From: Pseudomonadota bacterium
GTDB taxonomy: Bacteria; Pseudomonadota; Gammaproteobacteria; GCA-002705445; GCA-002716945
Direction: 5' to 3'
DNA length: 64,000 nt
NCBI GenBank assembly: GCA_036163455.1
Contig: JAYZKL010000018.1
Location: 3,595 to 67,594, forward strand
Shown here piece after piece: positions 9,861 to 17,989 of the stretch. Positions within the stretch are counted from its first letter, which is position 1, and each line of letters begins with the position of its first letter. A program made the translations under genes and the position numbers. Below the pieces are notes generated by a model that was not told the DNA's origin, searched no databases, and was given only the letters and a program-made list of their open reading frames with translations.

Positions 9861-11214
9861 AATAGAATTCGATTATTATAGCAATACTTCAGAAATTTTT
9901 GATTTTCTAAAAGATCAAGATTGGTCAGTTTTTCTATGTAGTAATTTTGATGTATTTGATACAGAAAAATATGACATTATTTCCTGTTGCCCAATTAAAA
10001 AAATTATAGCTTATCAGAATGCCACAATTGTTGAATTTAATGGTTCAAAAAAAGTTTTTAGAGATGATCCTATGGACGTGCTCAAGGACACAATGAAAGA
10101 ATCCTTTTCTAATAATTATACTGATTTACCTTTTTCTGGTGGTGCCATAGGTTATTTTTCATATGATTTAGGAAATAAATATGAATCTATCAAGTCTGTC
10201 AGCGCTGATTCTGATAATACTCCAATCATGGCATTTGGCATCTACGATTGGTCGATAATAATAGATCATAAATTAAAAAAATCAATTTTAATATATGAAG
10301 CTGAGAATGATTTGATTAAAGACATTATAAATAACTTTAAAAATAAAAAATTTGCAATGAAGAAAAAGAGAACTTTTTCAATTAATTCAAAGTACAGCTC
10401 TAATTTAAGTTATGAAGAATATGTTGAAAAATTTAATTCTATAAAGTCTTATATTGAAAAAGGAGATTGTTATCAGATAAATTTTGCACAACGATTTTCC
10501 CTTTCCTATGAGGGAGATACGTGGGAAATCTTTAAGAAGGTTTTGCAAAAATACAAAGCTCCGTATTCTTCGTATATGAATTTTCCATTTGTTAAAATTT
10601 TGAGTTACTCGCCTGAAAGATTTTTACAGATAGAAAATAATCATGTTGAAACAAAACCAATTAAAGGTACCAGACCGATACATGAGAATAAACAAAAAGA
10701 TATGCAATTAAAACAAGAACTTATTGACTCAAATAAAGATAAAGCAGAAAACTTAATGATAGTTGATCTATTAAGAAATGATTTAGGTAGAAACTGTAAT
10801 TTTGGCTCTATAAGGGTAAAAAAACTTTTTGAAATTGAAACTTTTTCGAATGTACATCACTTAGTTAGTACAATAGAGGGAAAAATATCTGATAAGAGTA
10901 ATATTTTTAAATTGATAAGAGATTGTTTCCCAGGCGGATCTATTACAGGTGCACCGAAAATACGTTCAATGCAAATAATTAATGAGCTTGAGTCAAATAG
11001 AAGAAGTATTTATTGTGGATCTATTGGTTATATTAGTTTTAACAATAAGGTGGATCTAAATATCGCTATCAGAACTATTATTGCAAATAAGAATTACCTC
11101 TATTTTTGGGGCGGAGGTGGCATAGTTTATGATTCAAATGTTAAGTCAGAGTTTCAAGAAACTATAGATAAGGTAAGCCCAATTATAAATGCTCTAAAAT
11201 CAGATAATACTTGA
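9853..11214 (+). CDS. pabB: Aminodeoxychorismate synthase component I-like (PabB/TrpE family), likely supplying the pABA moiety of methanopterin
   Basis: Chorismate-binding-enzyme motifs (IKGTRP, MIVDLLRNDLGR, FPGGSITGAPKIRSMQII, SIYCGSIGYI, GGGIVYDS). Confidence 0.65.
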   Translation: MNRIEFDYYSNTSEIFDFLKDQDWSVFLCSNFDVFDTEKYDIISCCPIKKIIAYQNATIVEFNGSKKVFRDDPMDVLKDTMKESFSNNYTDLPFSGGAIGYFSYDLGNKYESIKSVSADSDNTPIMAFGIYDWSIIIDHKLKKSILIYEAENDLIKDIINNFKNKKFAMKKKRTFSINSKYSSNLSYEEYVEKFNSIKSYIEKGDCYQINFAQRFSLSYEGDTWEIFKKVLQKYKAPYSSYMNFPFVKILSYSPERFLQIENNHVETKPIKGTRPIHENKQKDMQLKQELIDSNKDKAENLMIVDLLRNDLGRNCNFGSIRVKKLFEIETFSNVHHLVSTIEGKISDKSNIFKLIRDCFPGGSITGAPKIRSMQIINELESNRRSIYCGSIGYISFNNKVDLNIAIRTIIANKNYLYFWGGGGIVYDSNVKSEFQETIDKVSPIINALKSDNT

Positions 11215-11886
11215 GTTTATAGCTGATGAAACTTTTTTAAGTAGATTAAGATTAATCTCACTTCTATCAGCTTGATTCGAACATAATTGCCCTCGAAAAC
11301 CAAGAAAATCTGGATTGAATCTTTTCAGATTATTAATATCGCTAATCTTGAGCGAACCAGACAAACCGCAAAGAGTTTTATTTTTCTTAGTTATTGACAC
11401 AAATTTTTTAATTTCAGAGGGTTTGAGAATTTCAGTTAAAGATTTAGAGTTTTTATTAACAGTATCAATCATAATTCCTTGATAACCCATATTTATAATT
11501 TCTTCCAAAATATTCAGATCAAATGTTTTGTCTGCAAATAGTACACAAATAGGTTTTGTTTGAGCAAAGGAGAATTTTTGTAATAGTACTTTATGTTCAT
11601 CAATCATATTCTTATCAAATAGACCAATTTTTATATATTCAATTTCTTTATTAACAATTTTAGATAATATTGAAATAGTATTTGAATTATTTGGATTTGG
11701 ATTATTGCCTAAGGTCACACTTATTTTATGATGTTGTAGAGTTTTTTTTGCCTTATTGATAATGTCTAGTCCAACAAAACCAAGAGCCCCATCATCAACG
11801 TTTTTCAGATCAACAATATCTACTTTTGCATCAATAATTTTTTTTGCTTCCTCAATATTCTTAATACTTGCAAGAAAACCAGTCAT
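11200..11886 (-). CDS. mfnB: (5-formylfuran-3-yl)methyl phosphate synthase-like (MfnB/DUF556 family), methanofuran/methylofuran biosynthesis
   Basis: Aligns from memory with archaeal MfnB (VDIVDLKNVDDGALG vs ADIIDVKNPKEGSLGA; YIKIGLF vs YIKVGLY; GLSGSLKISDI...GFRGQLC vs ALAGSIKKEDI...GVRGAAC). Confidence 0.55.
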   Translation of the reverse strand: MTGFLASIKNIEEAKKIIDAKVDIVDLKNVDDGALGFVGLDIINKAKKTLQHHKISVTLGNNPNPNNSNTISILSKIVNKEIEYIKIGLFDKNMIDEHKVLLQKFSFAQTKPICVLFADKTFDLNILEEIINMGYQGIMIDTVNKNSKSLTEILKPSEIKKFVSITKKNKTLCGLSGSLKISDINNLKRFNPDFLGFRGQLCSNQADRSEINLNLLKKVSSAINSSII

Positions 11887-12443
11887 TTTTTTTCTCTATA
11901 ATTAGCAATTTTGTTTTCTATCCAATCCCATGCTTCTTTTTCTTTATCACCTGATGTTTTTTCTATACCTATTTTTAGATACTCAATCTCTTTTAAGATT
12001 TTTTCTAGAGATATACGTCCTAACCTACTAACTAATACAGAGGCTTCAATAACAGAGAATTGCGCCCTATTAAATCCTAAGAATGGTCTATGAATTTCTT
12101 TATTTAGAATCTCACAGATAACTTTAGGTCTAATTTCATCATCAATTGTTTCAGTCACAGAAATCTCATAATGAGAGTTTATATTCTCCAATCTTGGTAT
12201 ATCAACATTTTTAAGACTAATTAAAGGCCAGTCTTTTTTTATTCCGCAAATAATGCTTGCGAAAATCCTTACATCATCTGTAAAATTTATTACAGCTTTT
12301 TTTTGTGAAATTAAGTTCGCCAATGTTGTTGATGGCTTAAAGGGTGAAATAAAAACTTTTTCCTGGTCTATTTTAATCCCCATTGGCGCATTATGTACAT
12401 CGCCATCAATAGATTTAGTGGTTACTATTACTTCATGTATCAT
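11883..12443 (-). CDS. Conserved H4MPT-island protein (orf9/DUF447-like)
   Basis: Size, context and N-terminal (TTKSIDGDVHNAPMG) resemblance to the DUF447 proteins of methylotroph H4MPT clusters. Weak. Confidence 0.3.
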   Translation of the reverse strand: MIHEVIVTTKSIDGDVHNAPMGIKIDQEKVFISPFKPSTTLANLISQKKAVINFTDDVRIFASIICGIKKDWPLISLKNVDIPRLENINSHYEISVTETIDDEIRPKVICEILNKEIHRPFLGFNRAQFSVIEASVLVSRLGRISLEKILKEIEYLKIGIEKTSGDKEKEAWDWIENKIANYREKK

Positions 12444-13828
12444 TTCTTTTTATATGTTGGTCCAGCGGTTTTAAATGACATTTTATCATCTTCTTCCTTT
12501 TCTACTAAACATCCCCAAGATAATTCTTCATCTTGTGAATAGAATTTACCTAATTGATATGCAATCTGTGCTCTTGCTAACTCAACTCCAAGATAGAAAG
12601 CATGACCTGTATCATTATCTACATTTAAATTTTTGAAAAAATCAAAGGGATCTTTTGCCGTTTCAAACCCATCTCTATTAAAAACATGAATTCCTTTATC
12701 TGTGACCATTATTCTATAGCTAGGATCTTTAATATCTTTTGATAATTCTAAAACTTCATCATAAGAAAATTTAAAAGGTTTGTCTTCATGAGTAGTTAGC
12801 AAGTCATTACTAATATGTTTGGGCGTCATATTGCTCATACAAGATGCATGCAGTATTCTGCGTGCTATATCAGTTTCTTTTATAACTGTTTGACAATGAT
12901 CGCTAACCTGTGTTGTTAAAATATGGTTTATTTTTAATTCTGAAGCTATTCCCATCAATAATAGGGTAAGCCCTGTTGTATCTGCGTGTGATAATTCTGT
13001 TAAATTACCAGAACCCATCATGATATGTATATCCGGATATTTTTTTCTCAGTTCAGCATATCGTAAAATAGATTTTGTGAAACCAAAATTAATTGGGTCT
13101 AGGATAGAGTCAGCTATAAAAGTTCTTTTTTGTTGAATACATTTATCTATGATTTTATATAATTCATCTAATTTTCCATCCAGCGGGATAAGAATAGGGT
13201 ATGAGTCTACTTCATCTAAAATATAAAAATTGTCTGATTTTATACTTAGAAGATAATCTGCTCCTGCTTTACCTCCTCTAATCAGCTCATTATCATTATG
13301 AGAATCTACACTAACAAAAAAACCTAAACGCTTTAATTCTTGCACTGTTTCTTCTAGATGACCAAATTCAATATTTGGCAGACAACCGACATCTATTACA
13401 TCAGCACCATTATCTCTATAAAAGTTTGCTTGTTGTACAATCTGTTCTAGATTCATATTTGGTGCATCAGTAATTTCAGCAAAAATAGAAACTTCATATT
13501 GTGATAAATCATGCTTGAATGACTCTTTTCCAAATAAATTGGGTAGATCCTTGAGTTCTTCGGGCCCTCGAACGAAATCAACTTTTAATTTTTTAGATAA
13601 TATAGAGATATCGCCTCTAGTTCTTCCTGGAATTATGATCTTATCAAAGCTTGAGACATCACCGATTCTTCTTTCTATCATTTGTGTCGTTAATAATGAT
13701 GCAACACTAATATTTAGATTACGAATCTCGTAATCAAAAGGAAGTTCACCCATTTCATTTATAACTCTCTTCAAACTTCTTTCGGCAAGCTTTCCTGTAA
13801 TAAAAAGAATTTTTTCTTTCAACGCCAT
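12440..13828 (-). CDS. Dihydropteroate synthase-like (pterin-binding) protein fused to an N-terminal extra domain; methanopterin biosynthesis type
   Basis: Pterin-binding DHPS-like segment (GADVIDVGCLP, HILTTQVSD, MMGSGNLTE). Two-domain 462-aa architecture as in the orf19/MptH-like genes of H4MPT islands. Confidence 0.55.
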   Translation of the reverse strand: MALKEKILFITGKLAERSLKRVINEMGELPFDYEIRNLNISVASLLTTQMIERRIGDVSSFDKIIIPGRTRGDISILSKKLKVDFVRGPEELKDLPNLFGKESFKHDLSQYEVSIFAEITDAPNMNLEQIVQQANFYRDNGADVIDVGCLPNIEFGHLEETVQELKRLGFFVSVDSHNDNELIRGGKAGADYLLSIKSDNFYILDEVDSYPILIPLDGKLDELYKIIDKCIQQKRTFIADSILDPINFGFTKSILRYAELRKKYPDIHIMMGSGNLTELSHADTTGLTLLLMGIASELKINHILTTQVSDHCQTVIKETDIARRILHASCMSNMTPKHISNDLLTTHEDKPFKFSYDEVLELSKDIKDPSYRIMVTDKGIHVFNRDGFETAKDPFDFFKNLNVDNDTGHAFYLGVELARAQIAYQLGKFYSQDEELSWGCLVEKEEDDKMSFKTAGPTYKKK

Positions 13829-14352
13829 TTTTTAATTACTTTTTTTAGTTCATTAATATTTTTGACAACATCAGTATTTTTAAACTTCTTTAACAATTTA
13901 TAATTTTTAAGATCAATTTCTCTAGGATAAACAGTCACCATTTTGCCAGGGGCAGGTGTAATTATAACCGGTTCTGTATCACAGGCTAGTACAATTGAAT
14001 GAACATTACATTTACCAGCTTGCGCAAAAATATTTGATATTAAATTATCAGAAAACCCATATGCCATTTGAGCAACCGTATTTGATGTTGCTGGTGAAAC
14101 AATTAACACTTTATAAACATCTTCATAAAATAAGCTTACTGGAGCAGAACTTGCAGTTACATCTTTGAAAACCTTAATTTTATTTTTTTTAAGATCGCTC
14201 AACTTATAACCATACCATTTTAAGACTTCTTCTCCCGCTTTACTTAAGAATAAATCTATATTGTTCAAAGAATTAATAATTTCCATTGACTCTTTTAAAA
14301 AATGACCAGAACCTGTTATTGCCCAAGCTATTCTTTTATTTTTATTATTCAT
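13819..14352 (-). CDS. Flavoprotein of the HFCD/AfpA family (dihydromethanopterin reductase DmrB/AfpA-like)
   Basis: RIAWAITGSGHF... is an N-terminal flavin-binding motif typical of HFCD-family flavoproteins. Located in the methanopterin biosynthesis operon. Confidence 0.45.
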   Translation of the reverse strand: MNNKNKRIAWAITGSGHFLKESMEIINSLNNIDLFLSKAGEEVLKWYGYKLSDLKKNKIKVFKDVTASSAPVSLFYEDVYKVLIVSPATSNTVAQMAYGFSDNLISNIFAQAGKCNVHSIVLACDTEPVIITPAPGKMVTVYPREIDLKNYKLLKKFKNTDVVKNINELKKVIKKWR

Positions 14353-14959
14353 CTTTATTTAAAATATCTTTAATCTTTTCTTTATACTTATTTAAATCTT
14401 CCTTGTTGTTGATATTAATAAATAAATCTTTATTATTTTCAAAGTTAATAGTATTAACCGAACACAATTCAAACCATTTATCAATTTTTCTTTCTCCTGA
14501 ATCTAAAAATTTTTCAAGACTACCAAGTAAAGACTTTTTTATGAGACAATATACGGGTTGTAATCGTTCTCCATCAAATGCAACATTAATATCAGAATCA
14601 TCTTCTAATAATATCATTTTTTTGAAGTAAGATTCGTTAATAAATGGTCCATCACATGGTAAGGTAATTAGATATTCTGTATGCGATTCTTTTAAACCAG
14701 TATACATTCCAGCCAATGGTCCAAGATAACCACTCATTGAATCTACGCATACTTTGAAACCAAGGTTATTATAGATATCCAAATTTTTATTAGCATTAAC
14801 TAAAACATCAGTGCAATAAGTTTGAGATAAAGAACACAAGTGTTGGATTAAATATTTATCTTTAATCTTTATAAGGCCTTTATCAAGACCCTTCATTCTA
14901 GAGGATTTTCCACCAGCTAAAATTAAGGCAGTTAATTGATTTTTATCTATTTCAATCAT
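14345..14959 (-). CDS. mobA: Molybdenum cofactor guanylyltransferase
   Basis: LILAGGKSSRMKGLDKGLI N-terminal nucleotide-binding motif and LPCDGPF motif of MobA. Confidence 0.7.
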   Translation of the reverse strand: MIEIDKNQLTALILAGGKSSRMKGLDKGLIKIKDKYLIQHLCSLSQTYCTDVLVNANKNLDIYNNLGFKVCVDSMSGYLGPLAGMYTGLKESHTEYLITLPCDGPFINESYFKKMILLEDDSDINVAFDGERLQPVYCLIKKSLLGSLEKFLDSGERKIDKWFELCSVNTINFENNKDLFININNKEDLNKYKEKIKDILNKDE

Positions 14960-15012
14960 GGCATTAATATAAAATAAAATATAAAATAGTCTATTTAATA
15001 GAATAACCTAGC

Positions 15013-15978
15013 ATGACAAAGAAACGAATATATTTAGCTCCAATGGTTGGCCGAACAGATCAACATTTTCGTACTTTTGTAAGAATTCTATCAAAAAATA
15101 TTCATCTTTATACGGAGATGATTACCTGCGATACATTTCTTCATACTCATAGAAATAGAACCAAGATATGTAATTATGAACATCCGATTACAATACAGCT
15201 AGCTGGATCAGATCCTAAAAAGTACATAAAATGTTCAAAGATTATTCAAGAAAAAGGCTTTAGTGAGATTAATTTAAATATAGGATGTCCAAGCAATAAA
15301 GTTTTAAAAGGAAAATTTGGAGCATGTTTAATGAATTATCCAGATCAAGTTTCTGAAATTGTAGAAGCCATTAAAGAATCATGCACTTTACCTGTTTCTA
15401 TAAAGACTAGATTAGGACTTGATTATGATGAGAACTTAGATTTATTACATCAGTTTATTTATAAAACATCAAAGGCAGGATGCAGTAGTTATTTTTTACA
15501 TGCAAGAAATGCAATCTTAAAAGGAATAAGCCCTAAAAAAAATAGAAATATACCAGCTTTGAGATATGATGATGCTCTAAAGATTAAACAAGAATTTTCT
15601 CACCTTTCTATAATTTTAAATGGAGGAATTAAAACCATGGACGAGATAATTCATTATTCCAATCTCTTTGATGGAGTAATGATTGGTAGAAAGATTTATG
15701 ATGACCCTATGTTTCTTGTTAATATAGAAAACAAGATTTTTAACTCTATATCCTTTTATGATAAAAAAACTATTTTAGAGAAATATTTGAGATATTCAGT
15801 TAAACAAATTAACTCTGGTGTAAGCAAGTATTTTTTATTGAAACATTTATTTGGTTTATATTACAAAACAGGTTTTTCAAAGAAATGGAAAAAGTTTTTA
15901 AACATGATTATCCGTGGTGAAGTTGATATTCTAAAAGTGCCTTTATTTGAGGAGTTGATTTATGAAAAAAAAGTCTAA
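15013..15978 (+). CDS. dusA: tRNA-dihydrouridine synthase A
   Basis: YLAPMVGRTDQHFR, NLNIGCPS and IKTRLG motifs of the Dus family. The short N-terminus is DusA-like. Confidence 0.8.
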   Translation: MTKKRIYLAPMVGRTDQHFRTFVRILSKNIHLYTEMITCDTFLHTHRNRTKICNYEHPITIQLAGSDPKKYIKCSKIIQEKGFSEINLNIGCPSNKVLKGKFGACLMNYPDQVSEIVEAIKESCTLPVSIKTRLGLDYDENLDLLHQFIYKTSKAGCSSYFLHARNAILKGISPKKNRNIPALRYDDALKIKQEFSHLSIILNGGIKTMDEIIHYSNLFDGVMIGRKIYDDPMFLVNIENKIFNSISFYDKKTILEKYLRYSVKQINSGVSKYFLLKHLFGLYYKTGFSKKWKKFLNMIIRGEVDILKVPLFEELIYEKKV

Positions 15979-16771
15979 ATTAAATTCAAAGAATGCTGAC
16001 ATATATGATTTATATGAAAGATCGGTCCAATCCGTTGAATTTGAAGTTGAATTTATTGAAAAAATGTTTAAGAAATACAATAGGGGAAAATGTTTTGATA
16101 TCAGAGAGGATTTTTGCGCAACGGCAAGCATTTCAGCCACATGGGTAAAAGATAGTAAGAAAAAAAATGCATTTGCAATAGATTTGGATAAAAAAATATT
16201 AAATGTTGCAAAAAGGAGAATAAACAAAAACCTTACTGATGAACAATCTAAAAGATTGCATTTGATTCATGGAAACTCTCTTAATCACAAAACAAAGAAA
16301 GTAGACTCGGTTGTCGCAATGAATTTTAGCTATTGGGTTTTTAAGAATAGAGATGATTTAAAAAAATATTTTTCTAATGCGCTTAAACACCTAAAAAAAG
16401 ATGGAATTCTTTTAATAGATGCTTTTGGAGGATATGAGGCTCATCAGGAGCTAGAGGAAAGTACTAAACATAATGGCTTTACGTATGTATGGGATCAAAG
16501 TAAATTTAACCCAATCACCAATGAAATAACTTGCTATATTCATTTTGAATTTCCCAATGGTTCCAAAATTAAAAAAGCATTTAAGTATGATTGGAGGCTT
16601 TGGTCGCTTCCTGAAATTACTGAATGTTTAAAGGCCGTTGGTTTCAAATCAGTTGATATTTATATGCAAGGCTGGGATGAGAAAAATGACTGTGAATCAG
16701 AAAAATTTTATCGTATGAAGAAATGTGATCCAGATCCTGGCTGGATTGCATATATTGTGGCTTTAAAGTAA
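15962..16771 (+). CDS. Putative class I SAM-dependent methyltransferase-like protein
   Basis: 269-aa ORF with a loosely Rossmann-like methyltransferase layout (DIREDFCATA ... VDSVVAMNFS ... DGILLIDAFG). It overlaps the dusA 3' end by 17 nt. Function uncertain. Confidence 0.35.
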   Translation: MKKKSKLNSKNADIYDLYERSVQSVEFEVEFIEKMFKKYNRGKCFDIREDFCATASISATWVKDSKKKNAFAIDLDKKILNVAKRRINKNLTDEQSKRLHLIHGNSLNHKTKKVDSVVAMNFSYWVFKNRDDLKKYFSNALKHLKKDGILLIDAFGGYEAHQELEESTKHNGFTYVWDQSKFNPITNEITCYIHFEFPNGSKIKKAFKYDWRLWSLPEITECLKAVGFKSVDIYMQGWDEKNDCESEKFYRMKKCDPDPGWIAYIVALK

Positions 16772-16782
16772 AGAGAGAAGTA

Positions 16783-16811
16783 TTCAAATATTTACTTTTT
16801 TTCTATATAAT
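16783..16811 (+). promoter_or_regulatory. Putative sigma70 promoter of rnpB
   Basis: TTCAAA (16783-16788), 17-nt spacer, TATAAT (16806-16811), ending 6 nt before the RNase P RNA 5' end. Confidence 0.4.
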
Positions 16812-16816
16812 CAAGG

Positions 16817-17147
16817 CGAGAGTCAGCAATGCAGTTGCTGCAAATTGCAGAGGAAAGTCCGGGCTCCATAGGCAAGAACGCCAGGTAACACCTGGGAAAC
16901 GTGAGTTTACGGAAAGTGCTACAGAAAATAACCGCCAGTATTTGGTAAGGGTGAAAAGGTGAGGTAAGAGCTCACCACGTATATGGTAACTAATACGGTT
17001 AGAGCAAACCCCGTTCGGAGCAAGGCAAATTTATAGCGTATGTCAGCCTAAGACTTGCTATGTGGTATGCTGCTTGAGGTTTTTGGTGACAAAAATCCTA
17101 GATTAATGACTGCACAAGACAGAACCCGGCTTATTTGCTGGCTCTCA
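16817..17147 (+). ncRNA. rnpB: RNase P RNA (bacterial type A, M1 RNA)
   Basis: Universal motifs GGAAAGTCCGGGCTCCATAGG, AGGTAACACCTGGG, ACAGAAAATAACCGCC, GGTAAGGGTGAAAAGGTGAGGTAAGAGCTCACC and ACAGAACCCGGCTTA. The P1 stem is formed by GCGAGAGTCAGCAA (16817-16829) pairing with TTGCTGGCTCTC (17135-17146). Confidence 0.9.
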
Positions 17148-17263
17148 GCCTATATTCTCATATAAAATTCACTATAAACTGATAAGTTATTGTTTATAAA
17201 CATATTAATCAAATATACTAAAAAACCCACTATATATAACCACAAAACTGCTTGTATTGATCC

Positions 17264-17336
17264 TTGCATATGTTAAAAAAAACACATATAGTGTTGATAA
17301 ATGGTGTTTTTTGTTAAATTGTGGAGAATAATGGTA
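17264..17336 (+). promoter_or_regulatory. Putative mraZ (Pmra) promoter plus MraZ-operator-like direct repeats
   Basis: TTGCAT (17264-17269), 17 nt, TATAGT (17287-17292). Then five TGNTG/TGGTN pentamers at 10-bp periodicity (17292, 17302, 17312, 17322, 17332), resembling the E. coli MraZ GTGGG-N5 direct repeats. Confidence 0.4.
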
Positions 17337-17339
17337 GAT

Positions 17340-17792
17340 ATGTTTAGAGGCATACATAATATAAATCTTGACGGTAAAGGTAGATTAGCTATACCAACTA
17401 AGTATAGAGCTGCTATTAATGACCAATCTTCTGGAAACATGATAATTACTGTCGATCCAGGGGAAAAATGCCTTCTACTTTATCCATTGTCTTCTTGGAA
17501 TGATATAGAGAAGCAAATCAACGACTTACCTGCTTTTCAGAAAAATTCACGTAGAGTACAAAGGCTGTTAGTTGGCCATGCCGAGGATATTCAAATGGAT
17601 AAGGCTGGAAGAATATTAATATCTCAACCTTTGAGATCTATAGCAGAACTAAGCAAAAAAATAACAATGATTGGGCAAGGAAAAAAATTTGAGATTTGGG
17701 GAAATAATATTTGGGAAAATAAAATATCAAAATGGAGAACTGAAGAAACTGATGAATCTGAAGAATCTGTTTTGGGAGGCATTAGAATCTAA
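17340..17792 (+). CDS. mraZ: Transcriptional regulator MraZ
   Basis: MFRGIHNINLDGKGRLAIPTKYR matches the MraZ N-terminus. I chose the internal ATG (MFRG) over the track's longest ORF start at 17301. Confidence 0.85.
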   Translation: MFRGIHNINLDGKGRLAIPTKYRAAINDQSSGNMIITVDPGEKCLLLYPLSSWNDIEKQINDLPAFQKNSRRVQRLLVGHAEDIQMDKAGRILISQPLRSIAELSKKITMIGQGKKFEIWGNNIWENKISKWRTEETDESEESVLGGIRI

Positions 17793-17989
17793 TGGATATT
17801 ACGAGATGTTTTAGAACATTAGGTATAAGTGGACATGAAGATTTAAGTGCAATCAAAAAGGCATTTCTCAAAGTTGCTTTAAAATATCACCCCGATAAAA
17901 CAAAAAATGATATCAATTTACTTCAAAGGTTTATAGAAGCACGTAACGCATATGACAGTATTGTCAAATTTAAAAAGGCGATTAAATGA
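17792..17989 (+). CDS. Stand-alone J-domain (DnaJ-like) mini-protein, 65 aa
   Basis: Canonical J-domain helices and the HPD motif (LKVALKYHPDKTKND...FIEARNAYDSI). The start overlaps the mraZ stop (TAATG) and the stop overlaps the rsmH start (ATGA). Confidence 0.6.
   Translation: MDITRCFRTLGISGHEDLSAIKKAFLKVALKYHPDKTKNDINLLQRFIEARNAYDSIVKFKKAIK

Noticed and set aside
17301-17339. Longer MraZ start (track ORF begins MVFFVKLWRIMVDMFRG)
   Set aside because: Conserved MraZ proteins start at MFRG. The extra 13 codons would overlap the phased operator-like repeats and lack an SD.
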